Shown here piece after piece: positions 1 through 12,060 of a DNA stretch of 52,220 nt. Under the pieces are notes generated by a model. It had not been told where the DNA came from. It worked only from the letters and a program-made list of their open reading frames with translations, and searched no databases. The position numbers and the translations under genes were made by a program. Source of the DNA: Cirrosporium novae-zelandiae (Eukaryota); the NCBI GenBank assembly GCA_026023565.1, contig JAPETS010000077.1, positions 1 through 52,220 on the forward strand. The letters are read 5' to 3'. How positions within the stretch are numbered: position 1 is the first letter of the stretch; each line of letters opens with the position of its first letter.

Positions 1-11
1 GGGGGGGGGGG
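1..11. repeat. Poly-G homopolymer at the window/contig start
   Basis: 11 consecutive G at 1-11; probable assembly break. Confidence 0.85.
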
Positions 12-450
12 AGTTCTTTAGAGCTCGAGCTTGGGATGAGGGAATGAGGGAGAGATGTAATAGACCAGGACGATGAAGAAGGAAGAATGAGATGGAAGGT
101 GCGAAGGACGGAATCGGAAAAACAGAGGACCGTTTGGTTTAGGTTAATTGTATCTAGGTCATGATGGGGATGATGAATGAACAAGAAGGCAACTTCTTCA
201 TGGTCATGGAGTATGACTGGACTAAATTCTGGGGAGCTGGGTGATTATGAGCAAAAAAAAACAAAACGTCTCGAGGAATTCACGGAGGGAACGGAGGGCC
301 CAGCTTCAGGGTGGATGACTGGGGGGCATGTAAGAAGTCGGCCAGCCTAGGACTTCTAGGACCTCTAGCACTGCCTAGCAACTGGCAGCTATACAAACTA
401 CATGACTGCCAAATAGTAACCCTTGGCAATTGTTCCTTTGGGCTTGGGTG

Positions 451-500
451 ACCCTTGGTGGCCCTTGGTGGCCCTTGGTGGCCTGTGGTGGCCTTTGGTG
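451..500. repeat. 10-bp tandem repeat, 5 copies (consensus GCCCTTGGTG)
   Basis: acccttggtg gcccttggtg gcccttggtg gcctgtggtg gcctttggtg read directly. Confidence 0.9.
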
Positions 501-3500
501 GCTTGGTTCAGTCGGTGTAAGCATCCGTCACCTTTCAACTAGGATTAATACTAATGGTGAGACTAACATCAATCAAGAAATCATTGCTAATGTTATCGGA
601 TCATGCCGCTGATGTTCAAGCAACTTCCCTACCAATTTTAGGTGCATTGAGCAACTCCTGACTCTTGCCAATCTTTTGCCCAATCTTTGTTTAGCAGAAA
701 CTCTTTGTTTATTGATATGTTGTGAATACAGATATGTGTGGGTGCTAGACTAGTGGGGGGGGTGTTCATCCGAATTCAGATTCATTTCTCGCTAAAAGAA
801 CAAATAAACCAACCACAAATTGCACTTTCCTTTAAGAGCATATCTAATTAGAGTCATTTGAGCTTGAAAAGGCGTAATGAAAACAAACCAGCTGCCTCGT
901 CATGGGGGGGGTAGGCAACAGCAATAATAACAATAACAACAACAAGCAAAGTTAACAAAGGTCGGTGCTTTTTATTCATCCAAGCTCCGACGTTGCACTA
1001 ATTTACTCAAATCAAAAAAAAAAAAACAAAAAAAAAAACATTCGAGTTACTTCGAGAAGCTTCAGTGTATTATTTCATCAAATTTCCATTTTCATCCAAT
1101 CTGACTCAACAATCCTAAAAGTTATTCAAAAAGTTATGCTAAATATACTTGTATAAAAAAATTAATCCATTTATTTCCATCTGACTCCATCCCAATGAGG
1201 CTGAGACATTTCTTTCATCCCGAAGACCTGTTGGTACCTGCTTCTACTTAGAAATGACAACAACAACAATTAACAACAGCAACACTCTGTAATTGTAATT
1301 CCGGTTCCGTATTCTCGCCACCTACTTGATCATGCACAACACAAATGCATGTGCACAAGAATTAGGCAAAAGATGATCCACATAGATAATTAACATAGGC
1401 AGTCAGTCTTTGACATTTTGCACTTGGCCTAACTTTCTTGCAACGTGTACACAATTAAAGCTGTCCTTGACTCAACAATAATTTTAGTCTTAGATATGAT
1501 CTTCGCTTGACCTTCGCTTGATTTTCTTTCTTCTCCCCCCCTTGACCTTGAACATCCCTTGACCTCCCCCTACCCCTACCCCTGCCCCTACCCCTACCAT
1601 TACCTCCCCCCCCCCATGACTAACCCATGACCCCTCCACGTACACTTCTTTGAGGTTTGAGGTCTTTTAATTGGAATAAAACATTCAAACATTGAAGCCC
1701 CTATTTTTTCAACAAGGGTCCTAAAAGGCTCCAAGCGATAACAGCTAAGCACTCTTTGGAAAATAAACTTCAACTTATTCCTAAATGGCGAAATGACCTT
1801 CCACACCTTTACTTTAATACCCCGCTTTTCTTGCCCATTTGGTCCTGAAACCCTGATCCAGAATTCAACTGAACTGAACTGACCTTCCCTCGTGGAAGCC
1901 AGCACCTATCTGCAGGAGCACCTTTTTTGTCATCCTCTGCCAATTGAATTGCCAATTATCAAACCAAGGGAAGCGGTTGCGCTGGTCTCCGCAATTATTA
2001 AACAAGAACAAACCAACTTCTTCATCCCCCCTAGTCCATATTTCCCTGACGATTCAAGATGAATGCCAAGTCTCGTCACCCTGGGTTCAGATAAATTGTC
2101 GAGATTGGCTAGTTAGAAAGTTTGGTATTAAAATATACTCTAACTACATAGATGTAATCTGATAACAATCATCGACCTCTGCCACTATTCCCATATCATC
2201 GTCATTGTCCTTTGATAGCGTAACAAGTAGAGTAACCTCGCTCTCGACCACGCCCAACAATATCTCTGGGCAACGATAGCAGCGGCATCACATCATCCTT
2301 CATTTGCATTGCCATCATTTCCATACTTTCGTATTCGTCCCTTTTGATCCAGACTTTTTTGGATCATCAAATATCCGAAAGTTGAAGGCTTGTATCATAT
2401 CTACCATCGAACAAATGATCATCAAGCTCGCCACACCCTCTTTGACGTCCCTGCATCCGGCCTCGATCCTGACCTGGTCCTACACATCCGGACGCCCTCT
2501 CATCCAAGTCCACGTAGGGAAGTTTGGAACCGTTCGGAATTGACATGCATCCAAGGAAAATCAATTCTCTCAAAACAACTGAGGAGAGAAAGAAGATCAT
2601 GGGCCCCAAATGGCTGGGATTCAAACTGTGATGGATAAGGCGAAAAGAAGATCCGCTCCCAGCTACCTATCCACTCTAGATACTCCAGCAGTGCATGTGC
2701 CAGTATCAAATCAATTGTATATACTTTTCTATCAGACATTGACATTTCGCAATAATTGGCGCTACATGCTATGTAATTGCGCAAGATAGAGATACTCTTG
2801 GAGTTTCGCTTTGACTTTTGAGGGATATTTCTGAACATTCTGCATTTTGCCATCATCAGGGTTTCTCCATATTTGCAGGTGCTTGCCTTCTTGCGGGGCA
2901 GGTCTAGACGTTTCATGTCATTGTAGGCGCTGACACGCAATATGCGACATGCGACACACAACAGTCAACACTGGACATTATTGTCTCTATTTGTTCGCTG
3001 CAAACGTCTGACAATACTCGGATACTTGACTTGGGTGCTGGTAACCTGTCCTGTCGTTACTCTGTCAAAGAAAAGCCACCCGCGCCTCGCCATCCAAGGA
3101 ACAAAGAAATGATAATAATAATGATAATAATTAATCATTGGGCTGGGTCGGATGATTCTTCCCCCAACCATAGGAAACTGGTATAGCTACAAGTACTGTA
3201 CCGCGAATCACTAGTGTTTGGTCGAGACCTATACTGTGTACGTAGTCTTATAGGAGGGAGCAGTTTTGAAAGAAGTAGTTTGTTTCTCCTATCAACCTGT
3301 TATCTGGATTCTGTACAAACTAGTTGTGGGTCGGTTGGTGGAATTGCTGGAAATGCTGGGACCGAAACCGGATAGTCGGTCAGGGCCGTCGTCGTTATCA
3401 GGATGTTTTCTCATCTTGTGTGTGTGTGTGATGTATCTCGGAAGTAATTAGGTGTGGACAGACAAGACAATTTCGAAAGGTCCCCAAACCCCAAAAATTG

Positions 3501-4581
3501 ACAAGAAGAATTGGCACGGGGGCACGAGACAAGAAATCTGCCACTCTGCATATTCATCTACTATGGTAGGAAGTAGAGGTCTCACGATACGGGAGTTGAC
3601 AGGTCCCCTCTCTCTCTGTCGCTCTTTGTCGCTCTGTCTCTCAGGCTATGACGGTTTTGGTTTGAGACCTGGACACCCATGCTAAGCCCTGAGACTGCAA
3701 ATGCGGGGGTGGGTTTAAGCCCAAACAGCTCCCAAAGCCCCCCCAAATTCTAAAAAGGCCAAGAGAAATTGACTGCCTTAGGAATAACCTTTAACCCTCG
3801 TTCCGAATCTCCAAAGTGTCAAGGTCATAAAGTCGAAAACTTAGGCAGAATACTTTCCCCGGTGCCTCGGTCCCCCCCACCACCCACCGAAACAACCTCA
3901 AAAAGTTCCACAGCCTTGCATGCATAAAGGCGATTAGAGAAAAAAATAAAAAAAAACCAGAGGTCCCTCACCATTTACCAATGAATTCTATCCTGTCATG
4001 GGGTACGTACTTTGGGGCTTTTGGGCAACGGCCGGACTCGACCGTCCAATACTTCTAATGTTCCTAATGCTTTTAATGCCCTCCAATGCCCCAATGGCCC
4101 AATGGCCCAATGCCTCCACTGCAGCTTGATTTGTTCTTCGGTCTCTAGAACCTCGATCAATCACCTTCGGCCCGGGGGTTAACCTTACACGGCTTTGAAC
4201 TTCTACCAAAAGCTGGAGAAATCAACCACCAATGCTGCCGTCTTTGCTTCACCGCCACAAGAGAAAATCCTCAACAACAGGCATTTGGACATATGCATTG
4301 GAGCTAGTATATTGATGTGTGTATCACCAAATTCCTATGGTTGCAGTGCATACATATATCCATTGACAACGGCTTCTTCATCCACCCAAGGAGAGTTTTA
4401 CAACTGTCATTCGTAGTTGAATAAAATCCTTCCATGTCACCGTCTTTTTAATAACAAATCCCCAGGCCAACTGATCTAGATGGCAATTCTAGTTGGCATT
4501 CTTATTTTAAAGTCCATTATTGCTGGCGAAAGCACTTGTCGTAATTGAAACATAATAAATGGCCCATGTGCCTTGAGGTGG

Positions 4582-4630
4582 AGAACCTTGGTGGGTAGAA
4601 CCTTGGTGGGTAGAACCTTGGTGGGCAGAA
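4582..4630. repeat. 15-bp tandem repeat, ~3.3 copies (AGAACCTTGGTGGGY)
   Basis: Three near-perfect copies at 4582-4596, 4597-4611 and 4612-4626, followed by AGAA. Confidence 0.9.
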
Positions 4631-6017
4631 TCAAGAATAGCTCTCACTCAATCCATCACGAGGTATACTAGTAGAGTAAATGTTGACTGAAGGAAAATGG
4701 TTACCAAAAGGATCCTTTTCACCATGTTTAAGTTGTTGGTTATCCGTAACTGATTAAGACTTGATGGTGAAATGCGAACAAACAAAGGTTGAGATCATTT
4801 TTTCCCTGAATATTTTTTTGAGTCGGCCTGTACGGGTAAGGTTTAAATCTTTGACGTGATATCGTTTGAACGGAGGGTTTTGACCCTGGAGTTGACACCG
4901 GAAGATGTTGGAATAGCTCTCGGTACATGTAGGAACACCCGCCATGAGCTGTTCAAAAGAACTCTCAAAATCTCCGTTTCCTTTGACGGGGGGTACGAAA
5001 TGACTCAAATTGGTCGTTCACCGCCAGAACAACTCTCGTGGAGGCGTGAATACAGGGCTGCACAACCTTAAAAACAAGACACCTGGAGAACAACAAAAAT
5101 ATACAGCTTCAGGGGGGGAATCCTAATCCTTGTTTCCGTGAAGATTAAGTGTCCGATCTTGAAACATTTTTTCAGAAGGTTTGATCAGCTTCCAGTCAAA
5201 TTTCACAATTTCAGATCTTTCCCAGCCTGGGCAACTGGGTGGGTATTAGAAAGAAGTCTAAATTATCACCAACAGTATGTGAATCCACACACCAGGAATT
5301 CAAACCAATGTTGTTGGGGGATCCCTTCTACCGTCATGGCATCTCCAGTGTAGAATCCAGAAAGCGGTGACAAAAAAAGAGAAAGGAAAGCCGCAGGAAA
5401 TGGGAATCAATTCTTGCCAGCATTATCCAGTCTTAGAGAGGTCCTCGAGCGAAATGAGTATAATCAACCGCCCAAATAATCAACCGATTCTTCATTAATC
5501 GCCGAACCAAACGAACGAGACGACCTGGGTAATTGTCTGAAAAATATTCATGGGTAACCATCAATCCGTCACTACTGCGTATGTTTTCAAGGCTTCCAAA
5601 TTTCTAGAGCAGAGTGAACATTGTTAAAAAACCTCCGTATTTCGTTGGTCATTCTCAACCTCATTCTACCCCAACAGACAAGGAAGCAATTTACGGCGTG
5701 GCGAGTGTCTTCGCAGATCGTGGGTCGAGACGAGGAGATGGAAGGCCTGGTTATCCATGAAGGTATCGAGCTCGTTGAATTCCCTATCTTGTTCGCTTTT
5801 AAGTCATCCTCATTATCATGTAGGATTTTAGGGGCCTGCAATTAAACCCATCTGTTAAAATTTGACGACTAGGACCAAGGTAGAGAATTTGAATCTCAAT
5901 CTTAAGAGTTACTGTCATAACTCCCCTGCACCCGTACTCTAGAGTAGTAGAATCTCAAGACGTATCTTATACTTCGAATTGTGATCAACTGGTGTAGGGC
6001 CGTCCTTGATGGATATA

Positions 6018-6992
6018 TCATGCTCTCGAGAACCCGATTCGCTTTCCTCGACCAAATTGAACATTCCGTGGGACAAAATTAAGAGCGGACATAGAAGCCG
6101 CCAAAGCATCGACGCCGTCATCTTGCTTCTGATAGTTGCCTTGACTGCGAGGCGACGCTTTTTGTGATTCGAATTTAGCCTGCATGCTTTGGGCGTTATC
6201 CATGGCATTCTTCGGTGGGGCTCCTGGATTTTCAATATTGATGCTACCATTGTCGTGGTGTTCGTCCGAGTTGTTATTAGTGGTAGCTCGTAATGAGGAA
6301 CTTCGACGTCTGGAACGTTGGTCACTTTCATAAGCCCTGGATGCTGCAGAACTCTTTCGTCGATGGCCTTGACTGGAGCGGAGCATAGAACTTCTTTTAT
6401 CGACGCCATCGTTGACGATGAAGAAGTCATAGTTCTACGAGAATATATTAGTATTTACACTATATCACTTTCAACGCAGAAGGGGAGACTACTCTGGGGA
6501 ATGTATGCTTGTCAATCAGATGTAGACGGCGTTTATGAGGTGCAGAACAGACTCGATCGCAGTCTTCTACGAAACACCTATACTAAGAAAATCATCAGCG
6601 TCTGCTGTTGATTTCACCATGCCACGGTAACTTACGGTCTTTTCGCCTCTGGCTCTCCGAGCTTCATTTAATGGGTCATGGTTCTCTTCAATGTGCAATT
6701 GTAGGAAGTGCTCAGTGGGGAAATTCTTGTGACATTCAGAACAACGATTCATATGCGTTTTTGCATAATGTACATCAAATTCTTCATAGGAAGTAAAGGC
6801 AATAGGTTCAAGGTGGGGAGGTAATAAACACTGCATGATAGTTGAATCGCCTGGAGCAATAGCACTTTCGTCAAGTTCAGTATATTTGGAGGAGTGGTCA
6901 GTCGAAGTAATTACTGGACACGTTTCAACGAAAATATTTCTAGCGGTCGAGTCTGAAGTTGAAAAAGAGTCTTCTCGTGAGCGTTTTGTCAT
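6018..6992 (-). CDS. C2H2 zinc-finger protein, ZNF511-like (~287 aa); exons 6992-6636, 6582-6493, 6434-6018
   Basis: Spliced product has CLLPPH...HYAKTH, CSECHKNFPTEHFLQLHIEENH and YRCFVEDCDRVCSAPHKRRLHLIDKH fingers, then NYDFFIVNDG and a C-terminal MSALNFVPRNVQFGR. Introns GTAAGT..TAG (53 nt) and GTAGTC..TAG (58 nt) have branch points and keep the frame. Confidence 0.88.
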
Positions 6993-7711
6993 GTTGACTG
7001 ATAGTGATGAGAGAATTACTTGCAAAGCCCTAAGTCGGCATCAACAGCAATCAGTATTGGATAGATAAGCCGTGGCTCGGTGAGAGGAGGATTTGTGGGA
7101 GAATTTGTTCAGGGCTCCTAAGTTCAAGTGACAAGAGTGAGTCCATTCAAATTTGATTCCAAGCTCTCTTTATAGAGTAAACAATATTGATATTGATATG
7201 ATCAGCTGCTGGTCAGAGCACGATAGGAATATTTTAAAATAGGAAATAGCTTTGTCTGGAGAAGTGCTGTGGTCTGTGTACTGTGTAGGATCTCCGGTCT
7301 GGTGATTTTCGTTCAATTCCCTTAATTGTGTTTGTGGGACGCACTTTGCTTTTTCTGGCGACCGTAGTTAACTTTTAAGGTGTTGGGTGTGTTTGGTGTG
7401 CTTGGTTGTTTGGTGCTTGGTTGCTTGGGCATGCTTTGGGTGCCGCAACCGCGGTCAGATGTGAATGCATTTACCTCTGGAACACCTAATTCCCTCAATG
7501 AATTTCCTTACTGGAATTCTTTCACTGTTTGACAACAGCGAGGAATTCTTGATCAACGTCAACTTCAACCTCTACTGAAAAGCAGAGGTTCCTTTATCAC
7601 GTCCATGGATCAAGAATATTCCAGTCGGCCCCAGCTCGACACATTTACTTGACCGAGAGGTTGACCGTGGGGTCGTTCATGTCCGTCACCCTTTAACACA
7701 CAGAGATAATA

Positions 7712-10236
7712 ATGGCAGTTTCTATTGAGCAAGCGTGGAGGTAAGCATGTCCTTGTAATCCAGTTAGCATCATGCTGGGCTAATTCCCACTTTCACAGCT
7801 TTGCGCAACGATGTGAGAAAGGCCTTCTCGCCGAGCTGCATGGAAAAGAGCCAACGTTTCGAGACATTGAAGATCTTATTACCCAACTCCGCTCAGCTTG
7901 TGAAAATGTTATCCTTAAAGATTTCGACTTCACGACGGAGAATAAAGTTGAGGTGAGGCTGTGGGATGCCCATGGCAAAATTAATAATAGATTCCGGAAA
8001 CTCTTATCTCATATGCGCGGAAAAGAGGGTAGGAACAAAGTGGTTGAGAAGCGCAAACTTGAGAAACACTACATGGGATTTATCAAGAGTAGCCAAAAGT
8101 TTTATCGAGGATACATTCACAGACTTGCTTTACAATATGATGGTGTTCCCGAACTCGAAGCAGTTGCAAAGCGTTTCAGTTTAAATATTCTTTCTGCGGA
8201 CAATCAAGTCCCAACTTCGGATACCACCAAACATGCAATACTTCTTTCATGTTATCACACACTGATCCGCCTTGGAGACCTCTCACGCTATAGGGAAACC
8301 GAGCTGACCTCGAAGAACCGTAACTGGGCTGCAGCCATTGGCTATTACGACCTCGCAGAGGCGATTTATCCTTTTGATGGAATTTCTCATAACCAAAGAG
8401 CAGTTATTGCAATTGCTGACGGTAACCATTTACGAACTACATACCACCTCTACCGAGCACTAGCTGTCGAACATCCTCCTCCTACTGGCAAACGAAACAT
8501 TGAGCTTGAATTCAAGAAGATTACAACAGCTTGGGAAAAGGGTGAGCCCATAACAAATAGTACAGGTCCCGGAAAAGCATTGGTCCAATGGTTTATCCGA
8601 CTACATGCGAAATGCTACAAAGGAGTCGAGTTCCCAGAGCATGATGAATTGGAAAATGAAGTCTTGAGTCAGTTGGCTGTCGATCTGAAAGAAAGATCGT
8701 TGGAGGGCACGCTTAGTAAAATAACTTTGATCAATCTCGCTGCTGAGTACTATGCTCTAATACGTCTTCAGGGTAAGTTCAAACCCCCCCCGATAAGAGC
8801 CATGACCAATTGAAATTATAGATAACCCCGCGGACGACACCCCCCTTGAGGCGTTCTGGTACTTCCAAAGACTGAATGTCAAGACTTTCTTTACATTACT
8901 TCGCATCCTCCAAACCGAGCTCGAGCAATTTGCCGCCGATGATAGCAATACAAACGGTACTCCTGACGATAGCACACCAAATGGCTCCGAGAAGATTACT
9001 GCTGTGATCCGTCGCGTGTTGCCCGCCATTCGTCATTATAGCTCCTGGCTTATTTCAACTGTTGATTTCTTGACCAGTAACGTCAGGGGAGAGACAGGAT
9101 TACAGGTTCAAATCAAGGAAATGTGGAATATATATGCAAACACCTTAAACCTTATCACCACAACATTTCCTATCCATGACTTTCCAGCAATCGAGTATTT
9201 ATTTGACGAAGATGCGGACACAATTGGCTTCAAGCCGTTTCGCAATGGTAAAACAGCGAGTCGATTTCTCACCGAGGAAAAGAAAGTTAAACCCCGGTAT
9301 TGCGACCATGGAATCCAAAGAAGCCATCCAAACGTTGAGATGCTAGGCCGCTTCCGCGATCTCTTGGCCGATGGCCTAAAGCTAGCAACCGGCAGGATTG
9401 AACTTGCAAACAACCAGACAGCCCCCATTTTTCTTGATAATGGTAGATTCGTCTACCGAGAAGAAGGTGTACCCGCACTTTCTAGCCCGGACCCTAAGCA
9501 GGCAAATCTCTCTCAGACTAGTGTCGACCGGGAAGATATCTCCATGGTAAATGGTGATCGTGCCACACATAATAACCCTAGTCTTGTGGAAGAAGGAGCA
9601 TCACAATCTGAATCCACATCTATATCGATGAATCCTACCATGAACCAGATGGTTGACAGTCTGGTTGATTCGGAAGTCCCGGACTTTCCAACCGATGATC
9701 AGGCAACTGCCTTTGCATTACCACCATGCCCCCCAACCCCCATTGCGCGTCCTTGCACAGCGGATTACAAGCTCTCTCCTATGGTAGGAACAAGCAACGA
9801 CACTTATGGTGCCATTGGTACACCAAAAGTGCCAACAGTCAAGGATTACGTTGACGTTATTCAGTCAGGTTCTTACAGGGCACACTTATCCTCACATACT
9901 CCTCGACCTTCAATCCCTAGTATTATCAACAGTCCATTCGCATTACAGCCTGATGAATGCTCCCCTCAACTTCGACCTGCAACTGCAAAAAAGACTACAC
10001 CCCAAAACCGATTTAGTTTTGGAGTCGAACAATCGAGCATGCTCGATCCAAGCACTTTGATGCAACAATATGGGCCTTATGTGAACCAGTCGCCCGGGAG
10101 ACAATCTACTATCTATGAAGGCGGTAGCGTATTCGAAGGCTCTTTTAATCCACTCACGACCCCCTATTCGTATGGCGGTTATGCAGACCTCTATAGGAGT
10201 ACACCAATGCAGGCGCCACCTAATGGACAAGGGTAA
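7712..10236 (+). CDS. Est1/Ebs1/SMG7-family 14-3-3-like TPR DNA/RNA-binding protein (~805 aa); exons 7712-7740, 7799-8772, 8822-10236
   Basis: Family motifs VEVRLW, FYRGYIHRL, LIRLGDLSRYRE, AIGYYDLAEAIYPFDGISHNQRAVIA and YHLYRALAVEHP, followed by a low-complexity S/P/T-rich tail. No PIN domain seen. Introns 7741-7798 and 8773-8821 join the two track ORFs in frame. The start could instead be 7605 (see findings). Confidence 0.88.
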
Positions 10237-10580
10237 GAGAGTTTGGAGACCACTAGAGTCATACTATTGCTTGAACACTGAATATGCAGGATCAGAGAAT
10301 TGGATTTCTTCTACTGATCAAATACATGTTTCTACCCTTGCTCGACTAAAATAGCGAGCTGCGCCTGAAATGCTTTTGCTCTATCTGCAAAATATCCCAT
10401 TTCTGTGATTGTGGAAAATCACAGACCCGTCATTGATACCGTCTTCATAAAAAGAAGTTGTTGAAACAGTGGTTCCATCTTCCCTATCATAGGGTGCATG
10501 GTCGATGGATGGTGGATTGGAGGAAGGAATGGTGCCAGTAGTGGATGAATGGGCGTACTGGCTCATGTAGTGTGAAAGAC

Positions 10581-12060
10581 TTATTGGCTAGCTACCTTAG
10601 ATGGCTGGTACGTCTGTTTGGGGTAGGGGAAGCTATTGAGGTTTTCTCCTATTAGCTTGGCTGACGTGCACCATTTTGAGGTCACTTTCATAGGAGTGGG
10701 GTTTAGAGGTGTCTGCGTGGGATGTCCCAGGCACTTGGGGAGAACAAGACTGTTTTCTTTTTTCTTTACAACTTTCGTTCATATTTGGAATTCGTTGGTG
10801 GATTCGAGTGTTGGGCCCCGTAAATGGAAGGGCAGTAATTGGAGGTCAACAGGGAAATTTTTGAGAAATGAATGAAATGCTCAGCACTTACGATGGTCCC
10901 AACTCCTTGATGCTTAGTCTAGCAAGCCATTGACCCATATCGATGGCGGTTTGAAGGGGTTTCTTGTCGACGATTCCGGCTAGAAGGCCACCTGCGAAGG
11001 CATCCCTGTTGGAGATGTCAGTCTCATTGATCCGGTAAATTTGCTTTCCACTTCCTAATATAGAGGGGGAAGGCCATCCAATGAGGACTTTACTCACCCA
11101 GCACCGTTGGTATCGCAGATGTCTTTCTTATCAATCTTAAGAATTGGGTATTCTTTGATTTCTCCGTTGATTGCGACGACTGTTTCTTCGGTTCCTTGCG
11201 TGATTATGACGGTCCTTTCCCGCTTCGTGTTTTTCTTTGGTAGAGCAGCCAACTTCTTCGCGATCTCCTTGACATCGGTAGTGTTCCACCCATGGCTCTC
11301 GGCGTATGCAGCAGCCTCTGTTTCATTTCCAATGAGGTAATCCACGTACTCCAGAGTTTTGTCAAGCGGATCCTTGAAGAATTGCGAAATAAAGGGTGCA
11401 GAAAGGTTAAGTACGAATATTTTGTTCTTCTCTGCAGCTTCCTGGGCCAGGGCCAGAATGGCGTCAGGACAGACTGTCAAGTGAAAGCCTCCTACATAGT
11501 ACACTTGCGCCTTTTCTACCAAAGCCCATATCTTTGGGCTCTTTAGATGGTCAACTTTGTAGTTGTTAGCCGCTGCCAGATGCGTTACCAAACTCCTATT
11601 ATTTCCGGTAATAACAACACCGCATCGTCCAGTGGGCTCCTTTGGGTCAGTCAGATATTCAACAGCCACACCAGCATCCGCGCAGGCCTTGGCAAGGAGT
11701 TCTGCGGACTTATCTGCGCCGACACAGCCGATATAGAGGACGCTAGAGGGAGAGAGGAGATACTGGGCACCACGGGCGGAGTTCTGTGCTGCTCCGCCGG
11801 CAAGTAGAACCGGTGGGGGTTGTAGAGCTTGAAGATCGTCATAAAGGGACATGTGCTTGTCTTCTGCTAGAATAGCATCGTTCGCTTTTAAGCCATACTT
11901 TTCGAGCACGGAGGCATCGCAAGAAGCCTGGATGTCTGGAATGGCGGGGTGGTGGGGTTAGTTTGGGATCAATTGGATTGAGATAAGTACAGTTGGGGAA
12001 ATAAATACCCAAAAGGGGGTTCTCCAAACAGAGGAGAGAGTAAGATTTATTATCATCCAT
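10581..12060 (-). CDS. ADO1: Adenosine kinase, PfkB/ribokinase family (~351 aa); exons 12060-12009, 11935-11098, 11005-10892, 10632-10581
   Basis: LENPLLDI, AGGAAQNSARGAQY, PTGRCGV, LNLSAPFI, GNETEA and DTNGAGDAFAGG (PfkB signature spanning intron 2); ends ELGPSFPYPKQTYQPSKVASQ. All three introns are GT-AG and preserve the frame. Confidence 0.96.

Noticed and set aside
1600..3171. Cluster of overlapping 60-150 aa ORFs, mostly on the minus strand
   Set aside because: No recognisable motif, and I could not build a consistent spliced model; may be non-coding or a highly decayed gene.
4740..5845. Short ORFs downstream of the ZNF511-like gene
   Set aside because: No domain signal and no convincing splice model.
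5939..6430. 163-aa minus-strand ORF
   Set aside because: Alternative frame overlapping exon 3 of the ZNF511-like gene.
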